A stretch of DNA of 61,562 bases, counting the filler, from Sphacelaria rigidula (Eukaryota), in assembly GCA_964200075.2 (NCBI GenBank). It is 6 parts of 6 records of this genome, joined end to end, with 100 filler letters (N's around TTAATTAATTAA, not from the genome) between each part and the next. Parts side by side here need not be neighbours in the genome. Positions count along the whole stretch, not along the records: positions 41,112 to 51,287 come from CAXNAA020006987.1; positions 51,388 to 61,562 come from CAXNAA020006988.1; 4 more parts are not named here. One strand, 5' to 3'. This document shows, in pieces, positions 49,492-61,562 of the stretch. A program made the position numbers and the translations under genes. How positions within the stretch are numbered: the stretch's first letter is position 1; each line of letters opens with the position of its first letter. The notes beneath the pieces were generated by a model that worked only from the letters and a program-made list of their open reading frames with translations, was not told where the DNA came from and did not search any database.

Positions 49492-50196
49492 CTTCGAGTC
49501 CAGCAGTGCGACGAAGCAATAGAGCAACCAGAACCAGTTCCGGCGGGGTCGGGATGTGCGTGAGCATTCGATCATACTTGGGGGCAGAAATGATTATTAT
49601 CACCAGCCAGGGCAGGGTACCCGTATTTCTCAGTACCGAGTACAGGCCGAAGATCGGGTTTCCTCAGGAACCACGCGGCGGTGGGCGGCTGAGTACTTGT
49701 GCTAACGTAACCAATACATACTACTTGAACTCTTGCTCGGTGTGGTGTAGCTGCATGACTACTGCAGTGCCGCATGTTTTGCTTTTGTTGTCGCGCGCTT
49801 ACCCATCCCCATTTCTCAAACCGAGCCCGCAGTTTCAACACATCAACCTACCCCTCCTTCCGTGCTCGCTTCACATTTCACATCGAGCATTGGGTCACCA
49901 CTGCCGCAGCTATGTTAGGGAGTGCTCGGTAGTCAAACACAGCTTGCGTTGAGAAAACCGAGAACTCGGAACTAGAGCATTTAGCAGTGCTAGATTGGCA
50001 GATACCTCGCCTTTGAGGAGGGGGGAAACAGGCTAGACCCTACTTCAGCGTCGAAAACGAGGGCATGGAGGGCGTGATCTAGGGCTGCCATTCGCGCTCA
50101 CCCGGACTACATCTACTTGTGAAAGCTTATGTCAACGAGAGTTACACTGCAGTCGTGCGTCAATTTGTTGTTGCGACGTACGTACCAAATTTGTGA

Positions 50197-50886
50197 CGAG
50201 CTGGGCCGGCCTAAACACAGATTGAAACTGTGAAGCAGTAATATCTCATCGAGGCGGACGAATTGGGTAGTGATCCGCAAATATCATTCGTCGTCTGATC
50301 AAGGAGCAGATACCCATCAACTCAACAGCTTGGTCAGGTGTTCTCTCTTCGATTAGACGCCATGTCGAGTAAATTCCGTCAAGAAAGGAGATGCCGATAC
50401 TAATGTCTACACGAGATCCCTTCACGATGTGATCAGCGGACGGTGCCGAATGTTGGGCGTGAATTTTTCTTGGGGCACGAGGAAACGATCGATACCCTCA
50501 CCTTGACCTGGTACTTTTTCTGTGGATAGATACGGCTTGTATAGAATTCCGAACGACACTCAATATGTTGCACTAAAAGCACGAAATCTGATTGTCAGCT
50601 CAGATTTGAGAGTTGTGATTTCGATTTGGCTTTGGAGCATCGCAAAGGCACAGAGAAAAATTCCGTTGAGACGATGATGATATTTTGTTTTTCGTAAATC
50701 AAGGGTGTTTCTGTGAAAAGCAGAACCCGTTTTGAGTCCTCATGCTAAACAGTCTTTATGTCTCACCGAAACCTTTTCGATCATGGCCTTGCCATTCTCC
50801 ACACCAAATTTCGAAGCACAACTCTCAGAACCGAGCTCCTCAATAACCTGCAACGATCAACTTCGCTTTTAGCCTGGCCCAACTCG
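50197..50886. mobile_element. MITE family C copy
   Basis: CGAGCTGGGCCGGC ... GCCTGGCCCAACTCG-TA termini. Confidence 0.7.
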
Positions 50887-51535
50887 TAAAGTCAAAATGT
50901 ATCTTCTTGGCTTGCCCCGGGCATCGACCTGTACCGGCTCTGGCTGAAAAGCGCCCAATGTCTGCAACCTCCAAAATAAATGCATTTCAGATTGACATGA
51001 GGGATCAGCCTAGTTGTTGATTAACCCACGAATAATCGCGCAACATCTCAAACCCTTCGTTGGAGTGTGGATCACCTGCTCGGCAAGTCCTTCTCCCACC
51101 ACCACGTCTTCCGCGACCTCCATCAGGCGCTGCCCGATGAGGGACAGCATGCTGCCCTGAGGTCGAGGAAGCAATACGAAAGCGAGCGGGAGTAGGGGGG
51201 GGGGGGGAATGATGCTTCGTTACCCGTGCTGTCGCGATAACCGCTAGGTCACCGGTCTGTGCCGTGTGTCAACGACGAGCACATCGGNNNNNNNNNNNNN
51301 NNNNNNNNNNNNNNNNNNNNNNNNNNNNNNNTTAATTAATTAANNNNNNNNNNNNNNNNNNNNNNNNNNNNNNNNNNNNNNNNNNNNTCTCCCCACCTAA
51401 AGGAGACCCCCCCCCCCCCCCCCCCCCGTCAAGACCACGAACCGGGTTGTGCTCACCTGTAATCCTCACGTACTTTTGTTTGTTTGCGCGCACGGTCGCC
51501 CCCAACTCAATCTGCCCCTGCTGTGCGGACGGAAG

Positions 51536-54500
51536 GGGAGCACCTTCGCCGCGAAACTCCCTCTGCCGAGCATGCCGCCCCGATCGACATGCCCCCGTCT
51601 ACTAGGCATAGCGGCAAAGACGCAGCTGTCACTGCGGGCGGCGACAATACATGGAGTGGTTCGCCCCGTCGTCGTCGGAGGCTGCGGCGGAATAGGTTGT
51701 CGCACGTTGCCCATGACCGAGCACTGGAGTCAGGGCACGGCGACGAAGGGGGCGAAGCACTGATGCCGGTTGGTTCCAGCGTCAGCGGCTCACAGCAAGA
51801 TCCTGAAACGCAGCCACGTACCGACGTGGATGTTGTGCGCGAGGGAGTGGAAGACTCCGCGGTGGCAGCGGCGACAGCGACTGTAGACGGGCATGACGCC
51901 GAGTCGGACGCTGCAAGAGAAGACGAGGACCAGAAGGGTAAAGGTGTCGGTATAGTTTCGGCGAGCACCGGTGATGGTGGCCAAGAGGCGGAGGAAGCTT
52001 TATCTTCTGGGAATGTCTTGGAAGTAGAAACCGAGTCGACGAGCGATGAGAACGCAGCAGAGTCGCATGGCCCTCCTTCTAGCATGGTGGCATCTTCTGC
52101 GAGCACAGAGAAGAGAGATGTGGAGGTCGTTGATCTGAGCATTAGTGCAATGGACCCTCCCCAAAATCTCGAAGTCGAAGCCGAGTTATCCAGGGGTACC
52201 GATGTTGAGGGCACTGTCGGCCGGGAGCCTTCGGAGATAAATATTCACGGGGCAACAGATCATCAAAGCTCTGCAGACGTGGGGCACCCCAACAGCGAAG
52301 CGGCGGCGCTTGCTCCCACCAGCGTAGGAGTAACGGAAGGGGATCAAATGCTTGGGCAGCCTGTTGCGTCTACGCCTGAGCCTGGCGAAGGAGTTGAGGC
52401 CGAGAAGAGGGTAGGGCAAGCGGAGAACGGTAGTGCTAGCGGTACGCTCGACAGGGCATCGGCATCGACGGGCGCAGACGTGGACGTCGTTAACGTCGAC
52501 TCTGAAGTTGAGGAGACTGCGGAGCACTCAAATCGCACCGTGGTGCCTGCTCCCGACAGCGGCGAATTGCGGGCAGCGACTGAAGCGGCTGCGAAGCACG
52601 GCAGCGATGAAGGCTTGCTTGCTACAGGGACGCACGAAGAAGGGTCAATGAAAGAACAGGGCGCTGGGGACAAAGCGGTTGACTCGGTCTCTCCCTCAGG
52701 CATGCCAAATGGGGATTTTGCTACTCAAGAAGAAGCTCCGGAGGCATTAGATAACGGCGCGGTCGGAGCCGAAGTTGCCGAGGCCGAGGGTGCCACGGAG
52801 GGTGGTGGAGAACGTATACGGGGCGAAGGCAGCGAACTGGCGTCGAGCGGTGCTCAGCAACCGCAGCTGGAAAACTCGACGGCCGTGGCTGTTCCGATGC
52901 CAAAGCAAGATGTTCAATCTTCTACGGCTACATCGAACGTTACCGAGGGGCATGAGACCAAGGAGGAACCGTGGTCAGCGGACGTGAAGATTTCAAGTGG
53001 TGCACCCGACGGGGGCTCGGCGTCCGAAGCGAAGGACGCAGGCGAAGTATCCGACCCTGCCATTTCGGGGGGTGAATCTTCGGCCGAGCAGCAGGGCTCT
53101 ACCGCTTTAACCGCAGAAGGAAACGCCTCCGTGGTAGAAGGCGAGGGGTCGTCTGTCGTCCACAGCGCTGTCCAGGGTAGCACTGCTTTGATGACCCCGG
53201 AGGCCGTCACACCGGCACCGAGCAGCGAAATTCCAGAACCGGTACTTCACACGGAGGATGAGCCAGTGTTGGAGCAGAGCGACACGGGATTGGCTGCCGA
53301 GGCGGGCGAGGAGGCATCGGGAAGCAATGCCGCACCGTCTACGCCAATCGTGACGTCGCCACCGGTTGTGGGGGCGCAAAAAGATGAAGCCGGCGGCCCC
53401 GGAGATGCCGACGAAGGGTGGTCTTGGGCAGGAACTGCAAACGCGGGAGCGAGTGGAGAGGGTGCACCGGGCGGGGGTGCTACCAATTCTGCTGTAGCCG
53501 GGTTGCCCTCACGCGGAAATGCTACGATGGCATTGGTTAACACCACTTCGCTTCCTGAAGTGGAAGTGTTGCACGAGGAGCCTGGGGTGCCGCATGGAGG
53601 AATTGGCGGAGACGGCCCACCGACATATCGTCTTTCGAATCATACAGGAGCTACTGGTCAACCTCTAAAGTCGTCAGCGGAAGTCATTCGGGAGGAAGCG
53701 GCGGGAACACGAGAAGAAGAATCCAACGAGAGCATCGCCGATCCGCCCGGGGGGTTGGTCGAAAAAGCATCAGCTGATCACGTCTCCACTACCGAGGAGG
53801 CTACGCTTCCTCCTGATGATCGGCAGGGAGGTGCGGGAGATACCTTGCACCTGATGGGTCAAGACCTTGGAGGCGGCGACGAGGAGCGCGGTAGTATGAG
53901 CCGCGGATGGGACTGGGAGGACGAGCACACGGCCGAAGGGTCAGAATCGGCGGCGGCGGCGGCGGCGGCAGCGGCGAAAACCACAGTTGATTTGGCAGCT
54001 GTGCCCGAGGATGGAGTGGATGAAAGCGCAAGAGTAGGGGAGAAGGAGCAGAGTGAAGGTGGCGGTGAGGGTGAATACGGCAGTCTTGGGGGTAAGGGTG
54101 AAGCCGTCTCTCGGGTCCCATCGACCGCGTCGTCCTCGAGCCGACAAAAGCGCTTCGGTAACGGGGCAGGCGAACAAGGTGAAGGTGATGTCACTGGTGT
54201 CGCGGTACGTAGCTCCGTCGCTGGAAGTCGATCTTCCGCTGACGGCGAAGACAACGAGAGGGAGCAAACCCAGCAGCAGCAAAATGAACTCCACGACGGT
54301 TCGATGAACGTAACTGATGGGAAGGCGTCACCTGACAAGACGCCTGACGCTGCGAACATAGAGTCCTCGCGCGGTGGCGTCAGTAGCGGTGGCGCGAAGG
54401 GATCATCCTCCCAGGATGGTCGAACGTTCACTACGGCTACTCAGGCGAGTCGGCAACAGGAGGAGGACGGTGAGGATGGAGAGGAAACGCGACATGAGGA

Positions 54501-57500
54501 CTTCATCGCTCAAGAGGAAGGTCAAGGCGAAAGCGGGCGTGAGGAGGGCGAGAATGTCAGCGAAGAGGGCGGCGGAGCATGGGGGCAGGGAGAGGAAGAG
54601 GGCGGTGGGGACGGCAAAGAAGATGAGAGGGGTGATAGCGGTAGCAATGGTGACGGAGAGGGATGTGGAGAAATTGTCGCATGCGAGGAGTGTCGCGAGA
54701 CACCCGGCTGCACTTGGGAAGCAGACGACGTCGGTCGGTGCGTCGTTGCGCAGGGCTCTATCCAGGGTGGAGCGGAGGCCAGTTGCCCTGCCGACGGCGG
54801 CAGCGGCATTCCGGAAATTGAGGCTGGTGGAGCATACGAGGAGGCGACGCCTCCGGCACTATGGATGACGGCAGGAGTACCCGTGCTGGTTGTTCTGATT
54901 TGCGGGGGGCTCCTCGTGTGCGCTGCTAAGGTGGTGCGGAAGTTCATGGCAGGCGGCGGCCGTGCAGGAGCGGACTACGCAGCGTGAGTTGGGGGTACAA
55001 AATTTGATGAATGGTCACGACAGGGTAGGGTACGGGTACTGCTCAGTATTCCACGTGTTCAGGTATTCCCGTGTTTTTTTTTCTGCAGCCAGTATCCCAA
55101 GTACCCTGAGGTTAGTCGGTTCTGTATTGTAATGCAGTTGAGACCTAGATTATACTGAGGTACGGTACCCTGCCGACATCACCTTTGTGTGGCTTGTGAG
55201 AGACTGCTATGGTGCTGGAGGGTCATGTTGTTGTACCAGATTTTTTTGCTTCGTGTACAAGAAGCGAGTTTTATTTCTACACCATACTGCGTGATGCCTG
55301 TGAAATGAGGGCATCATCTCCCGATTGTTCGTTGTGCACTGCATGTTCGCAGCCGCTTGCCCGTACTGCTCTGCACGCCTCGTGAATCACATATTACTTT
55401 CTGCTGATAACCTCCCCTCCATTGTTTCCCCCAGAGTCAACACGGCAAACTCAGACGACGCCGTCGAAGGAGGAGACAACTGGGAATGGGACGGCGAAGA
55501 CGAGGACGGGCAAGATATCGAGATGGCGCCCATCTCTACCTCCTCCGCCGGCGTTGCTGCTGCCTCAAGGTCGTCGGCGTCAGCCCCGCCGACGGAGCCC
55601 TTGACGTTCCAAGCATCTCGAGCGTCGTCCGGGTCCGGTGAATCGACAGCTTTGGCAAGCGGAGGAGCGTTAGGACAAAAACATGGGCTGATGCTAGGTG
55701 AGAGCGGCGGGCCACCGGAAGCCGGCGAGAGCGCAGAAGATGGCAGGCGAAGAGGTGGCGGCCGCGGCCGCGGCGGTCGCGGTGGAAGTGGGAGGGGGCC
55801 CAAGCCAAGCAGCAGTCGAGGAAAGCGGGAAGAAAGCGCCAGCAACATCTTGCCTGATGACGACCTTTTTGCGGTGCGTTTTCATCATGCTTGTATTCGT
55901 GTAATAGCGGGTGCCGTTGTAACTGCAGCTGCAGCTGCTGCTGCTGCTCGCCCCTATCAGGGTGAATGCCTGACATTCCCCTGACAACGGCTCAAGAGGC
56001 AGCTACTATTGTTGGCTTCTGGGGCAGAAGTTGGTGATGCTGCATGAATGACAAACCGATGAAGTTTGTGACCTCGAATCCGAATTTTTATTCGAAATAG
56101 GCACGGCATAATGCGAAGGAAACGTGTCGTACACGCCAACGTGGCAGAGAGGGGATAAGAATGTCCACGCCTATACTATAGTTGGCGTGCTGCGCTGCGA
56201 AAGGGATGACGGTTGAAGGGCACTCGTGATCTTTTGGTCGATGCGTTTTTTATTTCTGTGACGTTACGCCTCCGATCCGGCGTCCATTTTCCAATATCAC
56301 GGCGTAATTGGGTGCTCCACCTCGCCATCCCAACGGCAGCGATACGTCCGGCTCATTTCATGCGACGAGGCAGTCCTGGCGATGCTGCTGATGTTTCGCG
56401 GTGAAGCTCAACTGCTCATCTGCGCGTTTCGTCTCTCCCATGGCATGTACTTGCGTGTTCCCCCGATAAACGTCGTTACTTATTTTGGATCATGTTCAGG
56501 AGCTAGGGATCGAGGCCAAGCCCGTGTTTCGCGGGAACAAACCGCCGCCGCCTTCGAGCGCCTCCGCGCGATTGAAGGGTGCTCCCGCCAGTCTTGCTTT
56601 GGGAGATGCCGGAGATTCGGTAAGACTTGCCTCGGTGACGTTAATTCGCAAGTTGTATCCATCATTCGCCGCTTCGACCCGGTGGTGTAATGGTCCGACT
56701 GTCGTCATTAGGGTGGAGACAACGAGGGTTCGATTCCCGATGCGTCGGGGTTTTTACTTCGTCATGTATGATTTTCACCGTGGAAAGCGTGAGAACGCGA
56801 GTAAACAAAGGAGTCGACTGGATTTGTGTGGCGTGAGTTGACGCGGTGCGGGAGAGCTGACCCAATCCGCGAGACCAAAATGTAAGGCGTGACCGGGGGA
56901 GAGAGTGGTTGATCCCTTGTGACCATGGACTCATCCCGAGGAAGGGGAGGGGCTCAAAGTGCGAGGGAAAAAGAAAAAAATCCAACGATCTTAAGTTGTA
57001 GCTCTACACGTCCTTGTCATCGCATAGGTATGTTTTCGAGCCTGACCGGTCATGCGCGTTGGTCCGTGCTTTGCGAGCGCCCCAGGGGGAGAAGCATCTA
57101 CCGAGACCGCCGCGGGTTTACGCTTGCCTCTCTTGGATTTGGTCTTTGCCCGTATTGCACGTCTTGTCCTCGCTGGCGAGGCAAGGCCTCCCCAACCAGG
57201 CTCCCCAACCAGGCTCCCCAACTATATTGTTGAACATACTTGGTTGCCGTCAAGCTGTAAGGCTATCCCGAACCCAAACGCCAGCCCAAGGCAGGCCGAG
57301 AACCCTCGGGTAAGAGGGGTACATAAAGTGTGTCATAGGTAATATGTGCGTTGGTATCCGTAAAGTCGACGCTGCCGCGGGCGCCGATGTGAGCCGGAAC
57401 GCGTGCTGAATACGCTAGTCAGAGCTTCGGGACTACGAGCCCTGTAAAGCCCCGAACATGATGATTCACACACTAGAGCCAAGTATTTTCGACCATGGAA

Positions 57501-58243
57501 CTGGGGAGGCGGGTTGGGGAGAGCTCTACTGTCGCTGGTCGCCGTGGGATTGGATCTGTGAAAGTGTGTTTCGAAAACGGTGGACTGCGATGTTGTGTTC
57601 TGGATGGAAACTTGGACGCTTCTTTCAGTCTGAGCGAGCCGCAGTGTGTGGTTTCATCATGCAGTCTCGGTTTTTGCATCTAGGAAGTCCTTGAGCTTGG
57701 GAAGGGGGGAGATGGATGATTCCGGGTTCGATTCAGTGCATGATGTGTTCGGTATACCACTTCTGAGCTTGACTGCAGTTTTGGTGGTTTGAGGTGACAA
57801 TTTTGAGTTTCCCCGAGCGTGATCTGAGGCGAAATGTACAGCCCCCAAGACTATTTTCGAAGAGACGGCATGTCGTAAAGAATTAGCGTCTGGCCCGTGA
57901 AGTATTTGTCGCAAGGGAGCCTCTGAGTCTACTTGTTTTGGCCGGTTGTCAGAGATTCTTCCAAATAACCTTTTCTCGACGTACGGTGGGACTGATTTTT
58001 TGTGTGCCTGTGTCATTTTCCATGGGTCGCATTTGTAACTGACAGCGCTCATGAGTTCTGCATTTGCGTATATTTGGTGTTAGCAAGGATGTATAGTTTT
58101 AAAAGTGTCCCGTGAAAGATTCACCGCTGCCTCCCCCACCCCTTTCTGCTACTGTTTTCCCTGATGCCCTGTCGCCTCCGTTCTCCAAGCAGGGTTCCGC
58201 CGCTGCTTGGGTGGACGACGATTTGGACGACCTCCTGAAGTAG
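51536..58243 (+). CDS. Large single-pass membrane protein (acidic disordered ectodomain, Cys-rich PSI-like module, TM, acidic tail); exons ~51536-54983, 55435-55873, 56500-56619, 58193-58243; 5' end missing
   Basis: 3.4-kb open exon with C....CEEC...GCTW....RC..C and TM LWMTAGVPVLVVLICGGLLVCAA. Three GT-AG introns join in consistent phase (2,0,0) to end WVDDDLDDLLK*. Confidence 0.8.
56667..56981 (+). mobile_element. Full-length tRNA-derived SINE in an intron
   Basis: A-box TGGTGTAATGG (~56683), B-box GGTTCGATTCC (56727-56737), body shared with other copies, A-rich tail. Confidence 0.75.
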
Positions 58244-61017
58244 CTAGACTGTCTCCGTTTTTGGTGTGCAGTTGCAGTGCGGATAGGTTTATAGCGGTGT
58301 GCATTTTTTGTTTTAATTGAAGTAATGTCGGTGTCGTTCGTTGTGGGTACTGCCGGGAAAATGGTGCTTGTACGTAGATCTTCTGGTTCTTTGACGACCA
58401 ACGGGTTTGAACAGTGCTCGTCGGCGACAGTCTGATGTGGAGGCGAAAAGAAAGTGATGCACGTATTCCGTGGGAAATTGTGTCGATGTTTCGAGGGTGT
58501 GTGTGTGTGTGTGCAAGTATGGGCTATTGGGTTCTCACCTGCTGTATGTTCCTTGTGCTCTTGTGGAATCAAGTTGAAACCAAACTCGTACGTATTTCGA
58601 TTTTTTTTTTGCTGCGGCACCTTCGGCCGCCTTCAATGACCTACCTAGCTCAATCGGCCCGTCCTCGAGAGGACGCTCGCATATTTTCCTGACGTTCTTG
58701 GTGAGGCAAGCTATCTCTTTCGCCTACATCCCCACTTCGCCTCATAGTTTTGAGCGGGGTGTAAAGTGTCGAACCACTGCAGAGATACCTACCTTGTATG
58801 CCGTGGTGTGCTGCAGCAGTACATGGGTGTAGTCCGATCTGGACTGATCACCGCTGGGGGAAATGCCGAACAGTATCTGAGGTTTTTTGGGGTGCGTCCC
58901 TTTTTTTATGCTATCTTGTCACGGTCCGGTGATTCTGCGTTCGGATTGCTTCTGAGGTGCAGTATAACCCCGCGTTGTTTTTTTTTGGAGTGTCGGGGGG
59001 CACAGTCGTGTGGCGGCCAACGGAGTTTTCACCCAGACGTTCTTTGTTAATGCCTGCATCTTATATATCTTCCCTCTCTTCCTCGCGTCTGCTCTAGCGA
59101 CTAGTTTCTGTTTGTTCAACTATACCTTGGGTATGTCTACATGTCTCAGCCACCATGGCTGGATTCCTTGTAGCGGTCGGTTCAGTTCAGGTGCGACGGA
59201 ACAAGCAAGCGCGCAGGCGATATGCGGAGGTAGTGGATATATTTATGCGGAGGTGGTAGATGAGCATGCTGCGTTCGGTTGTTTCCTGTATGTGTGTATG
59301 TATTTATACGTCAACATTCCACCTTTATTCGTCTCCTCTGCGTAAATGTATATGTGCGTACGCATGTTTGTTTCGGAACGACGCGCGATTGAATTTTTTC
59401 CTCGAGGAGGGTGCTATCTAACCTAACTCTCGTGTATCTGCGCGGTATTTTTGGGGAGGATTTAGGACGCGGGCGTAGTTCGGTTCGAGGTCGAAAGCTT
59501 AGGAACTAAATTTTTACAACGATATTATTCGGTGTGCTGTGGTGATGGACGGTGCTCGGTCTGGAGTGATGCGGAATTTCCGGCGTGTCAAGCACGGTGA
59601 CATGCTTCTATGAAACCCTTCGAGTGGTATTACGGTAGGGGTGCACACACACATTGTCAAAGGTTCCAATTGTTAGGAGCCCCCCCATCTCATCCAAAAT
59701 GCGCCACTGTGGAATATTGTACGTGGAAGTATGCCACGATCAGCGTGTCAATGGGCTACTCGTGGTGATGTGTGGATGAATTTGAAGTCGGTAATGTCCA
59801 GCCTCTGACCCATACTCTTGTGTATAGCTACTAATAACACTGTTTTCGTGAGATTGAGATTACAGGATACGATTGAGAGTGAAAAACGATCAATGAATGA
59901 CTGAATCGTTTCAGTTCCGAAATGCCCCTCCACGAGGTCCGATATTCTTTCTGTAGTACAGGCTAGTTGACGGGAAAAAAAAAACTGTCATCAGCAAATG
60001 CCTTCTGCAATACGCACCCAATAGTCGCATACATGGTATCATACTGACCGCAATGAACAGACGAAGAGGGTGACAGCCGGGCTTTTGTTTTCAGGCTATA
60101 GCGGTGGCGCCATGGACAATATGTGTCTCGACCAATCAGCGCCTTTCAAACTGCTCCGAAATTGAAAATACGAATTCCAAGCCAATTTCCACCGAATCTC
60201 CACATGCTTCAAATCTTAATGACCGTCATCACCTCGAGAATCTAACGGGAGAAAAGGATTTGAAAATGGTTCCAACGGGGTCCAATTATACCCGAAACCG
60301 TACTGTTTCGGTGATGTGGAGTTTGGCGTGGTCTAATTTCCTCTCATGATACGCAGGAAAGACCCAGGGAGCCTCGTGACGATTTCCCTTATATTTGTTG
60401 TATAAAAGCTCAGATCATCCTCAAACTTGGCAGTTCCGTAGGTGTTGATGCTCCAAATAGAAAAATTGTGTTCTTGGGAAGGGTTCAAAGTTTCTCCGTT
60501 ATTTACCGGCTTCCGGGGGTCCCAGTACAAAGACGCCCTAATTGATCGAAACTTGCGTAATGATTCACAGCACATTTGTGCAAATTTTCAGGGTCTAACT
60601 CCTAATAAATGCGTGAAAATTTGCGCGTTTGTTCGAGGATGTGAGCTTAAAACGTGCAAACTCCTAACCACTTGGTTTGAGTATGAAAATATCTTCTAGA
60701 GTGAATTTTACGTCAAGGCAGGAAACGTTGTATGAGATTTTCGAGTTTCTCCGCCAAAACTTGTACATGTGTTCCTTGGACCATCCTGGGACGCATCATG
60801 TTAATATTATTATTTTTCAGTCATTCTGTACCGCCTTTTCAACGAGTTTTTCTAATTCTTGAATTCTTCACTGTTTCCCGGGGGTCCGACGGGATCCAAG
60901 TCGTGTTCTCGAAGTCATCCATTCTGGGACCCCGGAAAACCGGCACTGCAGTATTTTCCATACGTCGGACGAGTCGTCACTCGTCGAGACGAGTGCAATC
61001 GTTGATGTTTTTTGAAA

Positions 61018-61510
61018 ACACAACGAGCATGACCCGTGCGCTCAAGTCATCACCTTTTTCCACAACGAGCAATGACTCGTGTGCTCAAGTCATCACCTTT
61101 TTCCACAACGAGCAATGACTCGAGTGCTCGCCCTTTTCATTTGTTTCACAACGAGCAATGACTCGAGTGCTCGCCCCATTCATTTGTTTCACAACGAGCA
61201 ATGACTCGAGTGCTCGCCCTAATCATCTTTTGCACAACGAGCAATGACTCGTGTGCTCGCCCTATTCATTTTTTCCACAACGAGCAATGACTCGTCGAGT
61301 GCTCGCCCCATTCATTTTTTGCACAACAAGCAATGACTCGACTGCTCGCCCTATTCATTTTTTGCACAACGAGCAATGACTCGTGTGCTCAAGTCATCAC
61401 CTTTTCCCACAACGAGCAATGACTCGAGTGCTCGCCCTATTCATTTGTTTCACAACGAGCAATGACTCGAGTGCTCGCCCTTTTCATTTGTTTCACCACG
61501 GGCAATGGCC
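61018..61510. repeat. 43-bp minisatellite, about 12 units, palindromic core
   Basis: CACAACGAGCAATGACTCG(A/T)GTGCTC plus one of two linker types (GCCCTATTCATTTGTTT-like or AAGTCATCACCTTTTTC). Confidence 0.92.
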
Positions 61511-61562
61511 CTAGGACTGGGCCCAATAAGTATGTTCGCAACCAGCAAGCACGAGAGAGCGA

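Noticed and set aside
56676-56750. tRNA gene
   Set aside because: A and B boxes are present, but I could not fold a convincing cloverleaf. The head is fused to a body and A-rich tail repeated elsewhere, which indicates a SINE.
61018-61510. CRISPR array
   Set aside because: The linkers are only ~17 bp and fall into two near-identical classes rather than unique spacers. There are no cas genes and the context is eukaryotic.
1-61562. A multi-gene system linking the viral ATPase, the FNIP gene and other genes in the window
   Set aside because: They lie on different size-sorted contigs, so proximity is artificial.

Overview
Repeat-rich, intron-containing eukaryotic DNA. A brown alga (Ectocarpales-like) is my inference from gene style, the FNIP family and TTAGGG motifs. 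The window is not one locus. It is six contigs of 10179, 10178, 10178, 10176, 10176 and 10175 bp joined by identical 100-nt N44-TTAATTAATTAA-N44 spacers, so adjacency across spacers means nothing. Contig 1 (1-10179) holds the 3' end of a chromodomain Ty3/gypsy element. This is inserted into a decayed, gene-dense, intron-less virus-like segment with an NCLDV-type A32 packaging ATPase, a SET-domain methyltransferase and several small unknown ORFs, followed by a ~250-bp tandem array with a hammerhead-like motif arrangement. Contig 2 has part of a CENPJ/SAS-4-like gene. Contig 3 has the 3' exons of a VOC/glyoxalase gene, SINEs, AACCG arrays and a gag-like relic. Contig 4 has an intron-less FNIP-repeat gene whose 20 repeats vary mostly at one two-residue site. 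Contig 5 has a CoA-binding exon abutting a DOMON gene, and an Asn-rich exon. Contig 6 has a large single-pass membrane protein gene and a 43-bp palindromic minisatellite. Several MITE and SINE families recur across contigs. All calls are by-eye motif recognition; no searches were run.
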